Assembly (NCBI GenBank): GCA_963719225.1
Contig: CAVRAY010000001.1
Span: 1,248,001-1,312,000 of the forward strand
Direction of reading: 5' to 3'
DNA: 64,000 nucleotides
DNA from: Thermoanaerobaculia bacterium
Lineage (GTDB): Bacteria > Acidobacteriota > Thermoanaerobaculia > UBA5066
The stretch's first letter is position 1. Each line of letters begins with the position of its first letter. Both the position numbers and the translations under genes were made by a program. Below the pieces are notes generated by a model. The model was given only the letters and a program-made list of their open reading frames with translations. It had not been told where the DNA came from and made no database searches. Positions 30,718-40,912 of the stretch are shown here, one piece after another.

Positions 30718-32177
30718 AAGTACTCGTCGTCGAAGACGACTCCGAGACCCGAAAAGGAGTTCAGCTGCTCCTCGAGGAGTTCGATCTCGACGTGAAAGCC
30801 GCGTCGACGCTCGCCGAGGGGCGCGCCGCGCTCGCTTCGTTCGATCCGGACGTCTGCCTCACGGATCTCCAGCTTCCCGACGGAGACGGCATCGACTTCA
30901 TCCGGGATGCGCGCGCCGCGGATCCGCGGCGTGAGATCGTGGTTCTGACGGGCCACGGATCGCTCGACACGGCGGTGGAAGCGATGAAGGCGGGCGCCTT
31001 CGACTACCTCGTCAAGCCGCTTCGTCCCGTGCAGCTCGAGGCCGTGCTCGAGCGTCTCCGCCCCGGCGGCTCTCCGCAGGACACGGACGCCGCCCTGTGG
31101 AAGACGCTCGACGAGACCGGACATTTCGGGGCGATGGTGGGGGTCTCGAACGCCATGCGGGAGACCTGCGCCGTCATCGCGCGCATCGCGCGCTCGGACG
31201 CGCCCGTCATGATCACGGGTGAGAGCGGCAGCGGCAAGGAGGCGGCGGCTCAGACGATCCACTCGCTGTCGCGCCGGCGCGAGAAGCCGCTCGTGGCGAT
31301 CAACTGCGGCGCGGTCGCTGCGAACCTCATCGAGAGCGAGCTCTTCGGTCACGAAAAAGGCGCGTTCACGGGAGCCGACAAGCGCCGCGCGGGATACTTC
31401 GAGCTCGCCCACGGCGGCACGTTGTTCCTCGACGAGATCACCGAGATGTCAGCCGACCTGCAGGTCAAGTTCCTCAGGGTGCTCGAGACGCGCTCGTTCC
31501 GGCGCGTCGGCGGGAACGAAGAGATCGGCAGCGACGTGCGCATCATCTCGAGCTCGAATCGCGATCTTCTCGAGGCCGTCGAGAAGAAGACCCTCCGCGA
31601 AGACCTCTATTACCGCCTCAACGTGTTCCCGCTGCACATCGTTCCCCTTCGCGAGCGCCGCGAGGACGTCGCCGTGCTCGCGAAGCACTTTCTCGACCTC
31701 GTGGCCGAAAACGAGGTGGCGGGTCGTCGTACTTTTTCGGCCGCCGCTCTCGAGAGGATGGCTGCCCATCCCTGGCCCGGCAACGTGCGCGAGCTCCGGA
31801 ACGTCGTTCACCGCGCGTACGTGCTGTCCGACGACGGAGTGGTGGACGAAGCGGTCGTGGCGGCCGTCCTCGCCGGCCGGTCGAGCGGCGTCTACTCGTC
31901 GGTGCGACCGCCTGCGCCGGCGCCGCAGCGGGCCGCCGCCGAGACTCCCGCGGCCACCGACGCGCCTGCCGTCCCCGCGGCGGCCGAGGCGTCCGCGTCG
32001 GACGATCCGCTCCGCGTGCCGGTCCGCGTGGGAGACTCGCTCGAGGACGTCGAGCGCCGCCTCCTGGAGCGCACGCTCGCCGCGGTGGGCGGCAACAAGA
32101 AGAAGGCCGCCGAGATCCTCCGCGTGAGCCTCAAAACCGTCTACAACAAGATCAAGCAATACAAGCTCGAGTCCTGA
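30714..32177 (+). CDS. sigma54-dependent response regulator (NtrC/AtoC family: receiver, AAA+, Fis HTH)
   Basis: [53 protein letters not shown] and [13 protein letters not shown] motifs. Confidence 0.95.
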   Translation: MKVLVVEDDSETRKGVQLLLEEFDLDVKAASTLAEGRAALASFDPDVCLTDLQLPDGDGIDFIRDARAADPRREIVVLTGHGSLDTAVEAMKAGAFDYLVKPLRPVQLEAVLERLRPGGSPQDTDAALWKTLDETGHFGAMVGVSNAMRETCAVIARIARSDAPVMITGESGSGKEAAAQTIHSLSRRREKPLVAINCGAVAANLIESELFGHEKGAFTGADKRRAGYFELAHGGTLFLDEITEMSADLQVKFLRVLETRSFRRVGGNEEIGSDVRIISSSNRDLLEAVEKKTLREDLYYRLNVFPLHIVPLRERREDVAVLAKHFLDLVAENEVAGRRTFSAAALERMAAHPWPGNVRELRNVVHRAYVLSDDGVVDEAVVAAVLAGRSSGVYSSVRPPAPAPQRAAAETPAATDAPAVPAAAEASASDDPLRVPVRVGDSLEDVERRLLERTLAAVGGNKKKAAEILRVSLKTVYNKIKQYKLES

Positions 32178-32200
32178 TCCCGGTCCGTTTCCGGATCAGG
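32173..32200. terminator. Hairpin between convergent stop codons (possible bidirectional terminator)
   Basis: CCTGATCCCGG...CCGGATCAGG; no U-tract. Confidence 0.35.
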
Positions 32201-35200
32201 GGCCGGATGCGTATTGGCGCGCCACGCGCAGGAGCTCCGCGGGGACGAGGGGCTTCTTGAGAAAGCCCGCGTCGTTTCGCCGGGGAGGCGCGAATCCCGG
32301 GGCCGCGATGCCCGACATGACGACGATCGGCAGCGAGGCGAGGGAGGGCTGCTCCTCGATCTTCCGTACGAACGACCAGCCGTTCATCCGCGGCATTTCG
32401 AGGTCGACGAGGACGAGGCGCGGGCGGAGTCCGGCGTCGAGGTGCTGCAGAGCCTCGAAGCCGTCCTCGGCCCCGATTCCGCTGAAACCTTCGTCGTCGA
32501 GAAGCCGGAGGATGCCGTCGCGCAGCGCGCGGTCGTCGTCCACGACGAGGACGTCCGGCTGGCTTCGCGGCGGAACGCTCTGGCTCCGTCGCCCGGCCCG
32601 GCCGGTCGGGCGCCGCACGGTTGCGGCCGCCGCGGCCGTGCTTTCACGCGCCTGCGTCGCCGCGCCGAGGATGCCCTTGACCTCGTGAACACCTCCGTCG
32701 TCCACGAGCGCCACGACGTTGCCCGGAATCGGCTTCCCGTCCACGGTGAGATCGCGAACGCCGGTCGTCCTTCCATCCGGATTCTCGATCCGGATCTTCC
32801 AGACGGTGGTGCCGATCCGGAGAGAGACGGAATAGAAGGGCCAGGTCCCGGGGATCCGGGGGTTCAGCCTCAGCTCGGCGCCCCTGCGATTCAGGCCGAG
32901 AAGGCTCTCCGTGGCGACGCGGTAGAGCCAGCCCGCCGAGCCGGTGTACCAGGTCCATCCCGCCCGACCGAGATGGGCGGGATGTGCCGCGACGTCTCCC
33001 GCCACCACGTACGGCTCCCCTCCGTAGCGGATCGCGGCGGCCTCGGTGCGCGTGTGGTTCACGGGATTCACCATGTGGAAGAGCTCCAGCGCCTCGTCGG
33101 CGGATCCCAGCGCCGCCGCCGCCATGACGACCCATGCGGCGGCGTGCGTGTACTGGCCGCCATTTTCGCGGATGCCCGGGGGATAGCCCTTGATGTAGCC
33201 GGGCTCTTCGGGACCGTGGTCGAACGGAGGGGTGAGAAGCGTGACGATCTCCGCGTCCCGTCTGACGAGCCGCGACCGTACGGCATCCATGGCTCGCTCG
33301 GCGCGGGCTGCCGGTGCCGCGCCGGAGAGCACCGCCCACGACTGGGCGATGGAGTCGATCTGGCCGTCCACGTTCCGGCGTGACCCGAGCGGGGCGCCGT
33401 CGTCGAACGTTCCACGCCGATACCACTCTCCGTCCCACGCGAGGTCGAGCGCGTGACGCAGGCGTTCGGCTTCGCTCCGATAGCGCGCGGCGCGCGCGGA
33501 ATCGCCGCGCGCCTCGCAGAGCGCGGCGAACGGAACGAGGATGGAAAACTGGAAAAAACCGAGCCAGACGCTCTCGCCCCGGCCCTGGGACCCCACCTCG
33601 TTCATGGCGTCGTTCCAGTCCCCCGTGCCGATCAAGGGGAGGCCCTGCGCTCCCGCCGTGAGAGCGGCGTCCATCGCGCGCGCCGCGTGGCCGAAGAGCG
33701 TGTCGCTCTCGGACGAGGTCGCCGGCTCGAGATACGACTCGCGCTCGCCTTCGGCGAGGAGAGGTGCCTCGAGATACGGAGCTCTCTCGTCCCAGACGGA
33801 GGCGTCGCCCGTGACCTCGACGTACCTCATCGCCGCCCACGGAAGCCAGAGGAGGTCGTCCGAGCAGCGCGTTCGCGTGCCGCGCCCGGATGGTTCGTGC
33901 CACCAGTGCTGGACGTCCCCCTCCCGAAACTGGCGGCCGGCGGCCCTGACGAGATGCCCACGTGCGAGATCGGGTCTGATGAGCACGAGCGAGGACACGT
34001 CCTGGAGCTGGTCCCGGAAGCCCCACGCCCCGCCGGGTTGGTAATAGCCCGTACGCGCGAAGACGCGCGAGGCGATCACCTGGCAAGGGAGCCATCGGTT
34101 CACGAGGAGATCGAGAGAGTCGTCGGGAGTCTCGACGACGAGCGCGTCGAGCGTCTCGTCCCAGAAGGATCGGACGCGCTCCCTCTCCCGGGCGGCCTCG
34201 TCCGGCATGGAGAAGCGGGCCGCGAGTCGACGGGCCTCCTCCTCGTCACTTCCCTGGCCGAGGAGGAAAGCGAGCGTCCTGGTTTCGCCCGGCGCGAGAT
34301 TCACGAAGACGTGCAGCGCCGCGCAGGGATCGAAACCGCCGCCCGTGCGGCCGGAAAGTCGGGCGCGGTGCGGACCTTCGGCCGACCGCAGGTTTCTGAG
34401 GGGCCCCAGAAACTCGCGCCGGTCCGCCGTGTAGGAAACGACGGGCTCGCTCGAAGCGAAGAAGGCGACGTGCCCGCTGAAGTCCGCGTTCGCCGGGTTG
34501 CGCGCCAGAATCGCGCGGACGTCCCCCGCGAAAGAGGTGACGACGTGTCGCGGCGCTTCGGGGCGCGGCGGGCCGAGAGCCCACGCGGCGTAGCCGAAGA
34601 TGGAGAGGCGGCGCGCCCGAGCGTTCGTGTTCTCGAGCGTGAGGAGCACGACCTTCACCGGTTCTTCGCGGGCGACGAACGTCTCCAGGGAGTGAGTGAT
34701 TCCCACCGTGGTTCGCCGGAAACGGGTCCGGCCCGCTTCGTGCGTCACGTGCCAGCGCGCCGTCCTATCCCGCGGGAGAGCTCCTGGCGTCGCGCCGAAG
34801 ACGTCGCGCGTCTCGTCGTCGCGCACGAAGACGGCCTCCGGCAGCGGGTCGCTCACCGGGTCGTTCGCGAAAGGCGTCAGGCGGTTTTCCCGGCTGTTTT
34901 CGGCCCAGGTGGTCACGGCGCCGGCTGTCGTCACCAGGGAGCCGAAGCGTGGATTCGCGAGGACGTTCGCCCAGGGGTGCGGCGTCTCGCGTGCCCCGTC
35001 GAGCACGATCTCGTAGGTGCGGCCGCCTTCGCCGAAGCCGCCGAAGCCGTTCGCCATCTTCAGGCCGGCCGGCTCCTCCTCCTCTTCTTCCGGGACGGTT
35101 CGTGGCCTCTGGGCGGGGGGCGAGGAAGGCTCCACGAGGAAGGGTGCGGCGCGGTCGAGCTGCATCGCGAGGCTCCCGTCGGTTCCGCGGAGAACCGCGC

Positions 35201-38200
35201 GCGCGTACGCGAGGAGCGCCCTGTGCTCGTCCGCGCTCAGGAGATCCACGCGCAGGAGGAAGACTCCGCCGCTCTGGCCCGCGCGCGATGCCCAGGGACC
35301 GTGCTCGACGAGAAGCGTGAGGAGGTCGTGCACCTCCTTGCGATAACCCTCCTCGTGCTCGTTCAGGAGGATCAGGTCCGCCGCGAGACCCTTGAGGCGC
35401 CAGTACTCCTGTGCCTCGAGGGCCTGCCGCGCCAGGGCGAGGTCCTGCGCGCGCTCGATGCGCACGGTGAGAAGGGGCAGGTCGCCCGAGATCCCGTGAC
35501 GCCAGAGCGCCGAAACGTCGAGCGTGTTGGCCTCGTGGACCTCGGGTGGCGCGGCGAGCGTCCGATCCGAGCCCACGACCCTCGAGGCCAGCCTCTCGAA
35601 GAGACGCGCTTCCTCGGGCGTCAGGCCGAGATGCCGGACCGCGACCTGCGCATGCGTTCGCGCGAGCGCGAGGGCGCGCACTCCGGCGGAAGGGTCGTGG
35701 TATTTCTGGGCGAAGGCGAGCGCGCCCTCGCGCGTGTCCGCGACGCCCGTCGTGAACGTGAGGCGCGCGATCGCGCCCGGCGCGAGCCGCACACGCTGCC
35801 TCAGGCTGAGAATCGGGTCGAGCACCGTGCCCGTGGTTCCCGTGAGCGCCCGGCTCTCCATCGCCTCCGGATCCGACCCGTCGCGTCCGCGCCCGTAGAA
35901 GCGCGCGCGGTCGGTCTCCCATTCCAGAGGTCCCTGCGGCCGTGCCGCGACCGCGAGGACGTGGACGGCGAAGACCGCCTTCTCGCCGGCCGCCCGCGGG
36001 CGGCGCGCGCAGAGGAGAGCCGAGTCCGAGGAAACCGCTTCCGTCTCGAGGAAGAGCTTGCCGAAGGCGGGATGCGCGACGTCGTCCTGCGCTTTCGCGA
36101 GCGCGATCTCGACGGCGCTCGTCGCCTCGATCTCGCGCGTCGTGCCGCTCAGATTCGTGAGCGTCAGACGGCGGACCTCGACGTCGTCCTCCGGGGAGAC
36201 CGCGATCTCGAGCAGCGACTCGATCTCCGCGTCGCGCCGCCGGAACGACGCGAGCTCCGGAAGAAACGTGACCCGGTAGAGCTCGGGCTCGTGCCGCGTG
36301 GGGGCATACGTGGCAGACCAGACGACGCCGCTGCGCACGTCGCGAAGGTAGAGAGCGTTGGAGACAGGATCGGAAGTGGGATCCTCGCGGTGGCGCGCGA
36401 CCGAGAGGCCGCGCCAGAAGCTCGCGCCTCCGCCCGCCTGTGTGACCGCGGAGACGAGGCTGCCGTTGGAGAGGTACTGGGTGACCGGAAACGGCTGGAG
36501 GGGAGAGCGATGGAGGCGCGGCGCCGCGGCCGGCGAGGTCGGCAGCGGAAGGACCTCCTCTTCCGTGGGGCGCGGCTGGGGCACCGGGGCTTCGCGGGGC
36601 GGACGTTCCTGGAGCAGGAGCTCGGTCGCGCGGACGCGAGGATCGGCATGGAAGCGCCTCACCATCACGTCGTCGAGAAGCACGTTCGCGAACGCGACGA
36701 GGCTCATGCCCTGGTGGTGCGCGAATACCGTGCGGACGACGACGCCGCGACCGTCCGCCGTACGCTGGAGGGCGTGAGGCTCGGCCGGGGCGTCTCCCTC
36801 CGTGTAATCGACCGCATCCCAGAAGCCCCACGGGCCTTCGGCGCCGGCGGCCGAGAATGCGCGCAGGTTCCTCACGGCTTTCACGGGCTGGAAGAGGGCT
36901 GCGAGCGCGGAGGCGTAGGGCGCCACGACGAGGTCCTCGTCGAGGCCCCGGCGAAAGCCGAGCCCGGGGACGCCGAAGGCCCGGTACTGGTGCTCGCCCA
37001 CGAGGTCCGTGACGCGAAACGCGGACTCGGAGGCTCCCCAGGGCACGCCGTGCGCGCGGCCCCACTCCTCCTGACGGCGGATCGCCATCCGGCACGAGGC
37101 GTCGAGGAGAGTCTCCCGATAAGTGCGCGTGAACAGGAGAGGCATCAGATACTCGAACATCGAGCCGCTCCAGGACAGGAGCGTGGGAATCCCGTGCAGG
37201 TTGACGGCGAGGCGCCCGAGCCGGAACCAGTGGCTCTGCGGAACGTCGCCCTTGGCGATGGCGAGGAAGCTCGTGAGCCGCGCCTCCGAGGCGAGAAGGT
37301 CGTAGAACGTCTCGTCGCGTTTCACCGTGTCGTGGATCCCGGGGCGGCAGCCGGTCACGAAGAGTCCCCGCGAGGCGTTGTAGAGGGGGCGAAAGTCCAT
37401 GCCGTCGGCCAGCGCCAGGGCTCGACGGGCGAGGTCCTCCGCGTGAACCCGGTCCTTCTCGGCCGTGAGCTCGCGGAGGCCGTGAGCGAGCACGAGAAGA
37501 CAGGCGGCCAGGTTTCCGCTGTCGACCGTCGAAACATATCGGGGCTCGAGCGGCTCGAGCGTCCGCGTGTCGTACCAGTTCAGGACGTGCCCTCTCCAGC
37601 GCTCGAGACCCTCGACCGTGCGAAGAGTCCGATCGAGTCGCGCGAGGAGGCGGTCCGTCTCGAGCCAGCCGAAGTCGTGGGCGGCGAGGTCCGCGAGCAG
37701 TGCGAGCCCGATGTTCGTGGGGGAAGTCCGCGGCGCGATCAACGGAGGACTCTCGTCCCGTTCGGCGGCGAGATTGTCCGGGACGAGACCGTTCGGGTCC
37801 CCGTGGACGAGCTCCTCGAAGTAGCCCCACGTCTTCCGCGCGGTCTCGAGGAGGAAATCCCGGTCGTCCGACGGAAGCGTCTCGCGGCCGAACGGCGCCG
37901 CGTGGCTGAGCCACCAAGCGAGGACGGGGCTGAATGCCCAGAGGACGAGCAAGGGCGCCGCGAGGGGCAGGGCCGAAGGCCGAATGGCGGCCACCAGGAG
38001 AGCGAGGAGCGTCGCCGAGAGCGGGCTCGAGATCATCTCGCCGAAGAACGAACGCGGTCCCCCCGTGGCGAGGAGCCCGGCGGCGCGCGCCGCGGCCTTG
38101 GCGAAGGTCTCCCACTCGAGGAGCCGCCGCCCCGTGACGACGAGGCGCACGAGCGTGAGAACGATCGCGTGAACGGATTCGAACGCATAGTGGGGCAGGA

Positions 38201-40793
38201 ACGCGAGACCCACGAGCGTCTGGGAGACGGCGGTCTCGAGGTCCCCGGAGAGCTCCCGCGCGAACGCGAAGACCGGTTGCTGCGGGCGCGGGCCCGCGAG
38301 CACGGATCGCAGGACCGCCACGATGGGAAGGGCCAGCACCGACAGCGCGAGGAGCACCCACACGAGGGGATTGCCGGGGAGGACGGTGAGACCGGTGGCG
38401 AAGAGCGCGAGCAGCGCCGGCGGCAGGAGGCTTCGCCTCAGGTTGTCGAGGATCTTCCATTGCGCGATGAGCGGCAGGCGATTGCGTTCCAGCCCGAGCG
38501 GCGTCGGGACGAGCGGAAGGAGCCAGCGCAGGATCTGCCAGTCGCCTCGCACCCAGCGGTGCTGCCGCCGTGCGTGAGCGAGGACGTTGCTCGGGTAATC
38601 GTCGACGACCTCCACGTCCGTCACGAGCGCGGTGCGCGCGTGCAGACCCTCGAACAGGTCGTGCGACAAGAGGGAATTCTCGGGCACGCGGCCCTCGAGG
38701 GCCGTCTGGAAGGCGTCGACGTCGTACAGGCCCTTGCCGGCGAAGACTCCCTCCCCGAAGAGATCCTGGTAGGTATCAGAGACCGCGGTCGTGTACGGGT
38801 CGACGCCCGTGTGGCCCGAGAAGACGCGCGCGAACCGGGACGCCGCCGCGCTCGTCGTCGCGATGCTCACGCGGGGCTGAAGGACGCCGTAGCCCTCCGT
38901 CACGCGGCGGGTCTTGGAATCGACGCGGGGCCGGTTCAGGGGATGCTCGAGGATGCCGACGAGCGTGCGGGCCGTGTCCCGCGGAAGGCGCGTGTCGCTG
39001 TCGAGCGTGAGGACGTAACGCACGGAAGGCAGGAGCGAGAGATTACCCAGCTGAAGCCCGAAGCTCGTGTCGGTCGCGCCGCGCAGCAGGCGATTGAGCT
39101 CCTCGAGCTTTCCTCGCTTCCTCTCCCAGCCCATCCACAGCCCCTCGGACGGGTTCCAGCGCCGTACGCGGTGAAAGAGAAAGAACCGGTCCGCTCCATG
39201 CGTGGCGTTGAGGGCGGCGATTCCGCGCGAGGCGGCTTCGAGGATCGCGTCGTCCTCTGGTTCCGTCGCCTCGACGGCGTCGGCGAAATCGGACAGGATC
39301 GCGAAGTGCACGCGGGGGTCCGGATTGGCGAGAGCCTGGACCTCGAGATGGCGAAGCATGGGCTCGACGGCCGCGACTCCTTCGAACAGCGTCGGAAAGA
39401 CGACGAGCGTCCGGGCGCCTTCGGGGACGCCGTCCCGCACGTCGAGCCGCGGAAGGCGCCGCGGCGGGATCAGCGCGTCGACGCATCTCTGGACGAGGAA
39501 GACGGCGATCTCCGAGACGGGCAGCGCCGCGAGCGCGAAAGCCCACATCTCGACTCCGGGCGCGACGCCGGCCGCGCGCGCGTACGCGGAGACGGCCGCG
39601 AGCCCGGCTGCCGTCAAAGCGAAGATGCTTCCGAGATAGAGCACCGCCGCATGGCGGAAGAACGCACGCCTCAGGCGTGCGATCGGCCCGCGTCGCCCTC
39701 CGACGTCCCTTTCGAACTCGGGGCGGCCGGGTCCGACCAGGAACCATCCGACGTGCGCCTCGCGAGGATCCGTTCCCGGCGAGGTTTCCCGGGCGCGGGC
39801 CGCGGCCCGCCGGGCCACCCGCACCTGATCCTCCCCGCTCGAGGCCGCGAGCTTCTCGATCGCGTGGCGATAGCGGTCGCGCGTCAGGAAGTCCATGCGC
39901 CCGTAGGCGCCGCCCGGGTCGTAACGGAGCGCCTCCTCGACGAGGCTCACGCGCTCCACGAAGGGACCCCAATCGAGCGTTCCGCAGAGCCTCAGAGCGG
40001 AGACCGCGTTCGCGATCGAGACCTGCAGCCCCGCTTGCCGCTGGTTCTCGGCACGGACCGCGTCCTCGAGCGTCTGGCCTCGAGCACGGAGCCGCTCGGC
40101 CACGGCGGAGACGAGCTCGCTGGCGCTCGCGCCGTATTCCCGGGCGCGCTGGAGGAGACGCGCCGCGAACGCCGGCGCCGGCGGGTCGGGGAGGAGGAGC
40201 TCTCGCGTGGAGGGAGCGCGCGCGAGAAGGGCGTCGGCACGGAGCCTGTCCGCGCGGATCGCGAGGAGCTCGTCCGCGAGGCCGCGCAGGTGGTCCACGA
40301 GGGCGGCACGTAGAAGGCTCGGCCAGGCCCAGAGCTCGGCGAGCGTGAGAGGCGTAACCGTCTGGAAAGCCGCGAGAAAACGCTCGAGCCGCTCCGCGTC
40401 GAGCCGGGCGTCGCTCTGCGAAACGATGTCCCAGGCGAGCGCCTCGATCCGAGCCGCGCCACCATGCTCTGCTCCGGCGAGGCGTGGCAGTTTTCGGTTG
40501 TACGCGCGAGGCAGGTCGTGCCGCACGCCGCGCACCTCCGCTTCGAGGAGATGGAAGTTGTCGAGCAGCCACGCGACCGCCGGCGTGACCGCTTCACCGG
40601 CGCGCACGTCGGAGGCGAGGACGCCGTACGCCCGTCGAAGCGCCGGAAGATTCGAGTCGAGGCGCGCCAGCACGTGACGTCCGCCGCCTCGAGGGAGGAC
40701 CGTCCATGCAGCGCCGAGCGAGCGGGCATGTTCCTCGAGGCGGTCGAGGGGCAGAAATTCTCCCAACCCACCGCGCGGGTGCTCTCCGCTCAT
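32196..40793 (-). CDS. Cyclic beta-1,2-glucan synthase (Cgs/NdvB/ChvB-like, with GH94 phosphorylase) fused to a C-terminal receiver domain
   Basis: WLLDNF, WERKRGKL, LDSDT, SHDLFEG, RQHRWVRGDWQ, RTSPTNIG, YDLLASEARL, SWSGSMFEYLMP, GFRDQLQD, GDWND, RENGGQYTH, GWTWYTGSAGW; then VLVVDDD...LVDLEMP...LKKP. Start placed at ATG 40793 because 40807-40821 looks like the promoter. Confidence 0.92.
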   Translation of the reverse strand: MSGEHPRGGLGEFLPLDRLEEHARSLGAAWTVLPRGGGRHVLARLDSNLPALRRAYGVLASDVRAGEAVTPAVAWLLDNFHLLEAEVRGVRHDLPRAYNRKLPRLAGAEHGGAARIEALAWDIVSQSDARLDAERLERFLAAFQTVTPLTLAELWAWPSLLRAALVDHLRGLADELLAIRADRLRADALLARAPSTRELLLPDPPAPAFAARLLQRAREYGASASELVSAVAERLRARGQTLEDAVRAENQRQAGLQVSIANAVSALRLCGTLDWGPFVERVSLVEEALRYDPGGAYGRMDFLTRDRYRHAIEKLAASSGEDQVRVARRAAARARETSPGTDPREAHVGWFLVGPGRPEFERDVGGRRGPIARLRRAFFRHAAVLYLGSIFALTAAGLAAVSAYARAAGVAPGVEMWAFALAALPVSEIAVFLVQRCVDALIPPRRLPRLDVRDGVPEGARTLVVFPTLFEGVAAVEPMLRHLEVQALANPDPRVHFAILSDFADAVEATEPEDDAILEAASRGIAALNATHGADRFFLFHRVRRWNPSEGLWMGWERKRGKLEELNRLLRGATDTSFGLQLGNLSLLPSVRYVLTLDSDTRLPRDTARTLVGILEHPLNRPRVDSKTRRVTEGYGVLQPRVSIATTSAAASRFARVFSGHTGVDPYTTAVSDTYQDLFGEGVFAGKGLYDVDAFQTALEGRVPENSLLSHDLFEGLHARTALVTDVEVVDDYPSNVLAHARRQHRWVRGDWQILRWLLPLVPTPLGLERNRLPLIAQWKILDNLRRSLLPPALLALFATGLTVLPGNPLVWVLLALSVLALPIVAVLRSVLAGPRPQQPVFAFARELSGDLETAVSQTLVGLAFLPHYAFESVHAIVLTLVRLVVTGRRLLEWETFAKAAARAAGLLATGGPRSFFGEMISSPLSATLLALLVAAIRPSALPLAAPLLVLWAFSPVLAWWLSHAAPFGRETLPSDDRDFLLETARKTWGYFEELVHGDPNGLVPDNLAAERDESPPLIAPRTSPTNIGLALLADLAAHDFGWLETDRLLARLDRTLRTVEGLERWRGHVLNWYDTRTLEPLEPRYVSTVDSGNLAACLLVLAHGLRELTAEKDRVHAEDLARRALALADGMDFRPLYNASRGLFVTGCRPGIHDTVKRDETFYDLLASEARLTSFLAIAKGDVPQSHWFRLGRLAVNLHGIPTLLSWSGSMFEYLMPLLFTRTYRETLLDASCRMAIRRQEEWGRAHGVPWGASESAFRVTDLVGEHQYRAFGVPGLGFRRGLDEDLVVAPYASALAALFQPVKAVRNLRAFSAAGAEGPWGFWDAVDYTEGDAPAEPHALQRTADGRGVVVRTVFAHHQGMSLVAFANVLLDDVMVRRFHADPRVRATELLLQERPPREAPVPQPRPTEEEVLPLPTSPAAAPRLHRSPLQPFPVTQYLSNGSLVSAVTQAGGGASFWRGLSVARHREDPTSDPVSNALYLRDVRSGVVWSATYAPTRHEPELYRVTFLPELASFRRRDAEIESLLEIAVSPEDDVEVRRLTLTNLSGTTREIEATSAVEIALAKAQDDVAHPAFGKLFLETEAVSSDSALLCARRPRAAGEKAVFAVHVLAVAARPQGPLEWETDRARFYGRGRDGSDPEAMESRALTGTTGTVLDPILSLRQRVRLAPGAIARLTFTTGVADTREGALAFAQKYHDPSAGVRALALARTHAQVAVRHLGLTPEEARLFERLASRVVGSDRTLAAPPEVHEANTLDVSALWRHGISGDLPLLTVRIERAQDLALARQALEAQEYWRLKGLAADLILLNEHEEGYRKEVHDLLTLLVEHGPWASRAGQSGGVFLLRVDLLSADEHRALLAYARAVLRGTDGSLAMQLDRAAPFLVEPSSPPAQRPRTVPEEEEEEPAGLKMANGFGGFGEGGRTYEIVLDGARETPHPWANVLANPRFGSLVTTAGAVTTWAENSRENRLTPFANDPVSDPLPEAVFVRDDETRDVFGATPGALPRDRTARWHVTHEAGRTRFRRTTVGITHSLETFVAREEPVKVVLLTLENTNARARRLSIFGYAAWALGPPRPEAPRHVVTSFAGDVRAILARNPANADFSGHVAFFASSEPVVSYTADRREFLGPLRNLRSAEGPHRARLSGRTGGGFDPCAALHVFVNLAPGETRTLAFLLGQGSDEEEARRLAARFSMPDEAARERERVRSFWDETLDALVVETPDDSLDLLVNRWLPCQVIASRVFARTGYYQPGGAWGFRDQLQDVSSLVLIRPDLARGHLVRAAGRQFREGDVQHWWHEPSGRGTRTRCSDDLLWLPWAAMRYVEVTGDASVWDERAPYLEAPLLAEGERESYLEPATSSESDTLFGHAARAMDAALTAGAQGLPLIGTGDWNDAMNEVGSQGRGESVWLGFFQFSILVPFAALCEARGDSARAARYRSEAERLRHALDLAWDGEWYRRGTFDDGAPLGSRRNVDGQIDSIAQSWAVLSGAAPAARAERAMDAVRSRLVRRDAEIVTLLTPPFDHGPEEPGYIKGYPPGIRENGGQYTHAAAWVVMAAAALGSADEALELFHMVNPVNHTRTEAAAIRYGGEPYVVAGDVAAHPAHLGRAGWTWYTGSAGWLYRVATESLLGLNRRGAELRLNPRIPGTWPFYSVSLRIGTTVWKIRIENPDGRTTGVRDLTVDGKPIPGNVVALVDDGGVHEVKGILGAATQARESTAAAAATVRRPTGRAGRRSQSVPPRSQPDVLVVDDDRALRDGILRLLDDEGFSGIGAEDGFEALQHLDAGLRPRLVLVDLEMPRMNGWSFVRKIEEQPSLASLPIVVMSGIAAPGFAPPRRNDAGFLKKPLVPAELLRVARQYASGP

Positions 40794-40806
40794 CCCCAAC
40801 GCCGTC

Positions 40807-40821
40807 GCAAGCTCCACGCCA
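40807..40821 (-). promoter_or_regulatory. sigma54 promoter candidate (glucan synthase)
   Basis: Minus strand TGGCGTGGAGCTTGC. Confidence 0.55.
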
Positions 40822-40912
40822 CGTTTCGGGTCCCGCTTTCGCCTCCGCGTCGAGTGGAATTTGGAAAAGTTTCAACCGGAAAGGAGGCGATTGGCGATAA
40901 TCTCGCCAATTC

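Noticed and set aside
33453-40313. 2286-aa plus-strand ORF
   Set aside because: Antisense shadow of the glucan synthase. It has no motifs, and long stop-free antisense frames are expected with high-GC codon bias.
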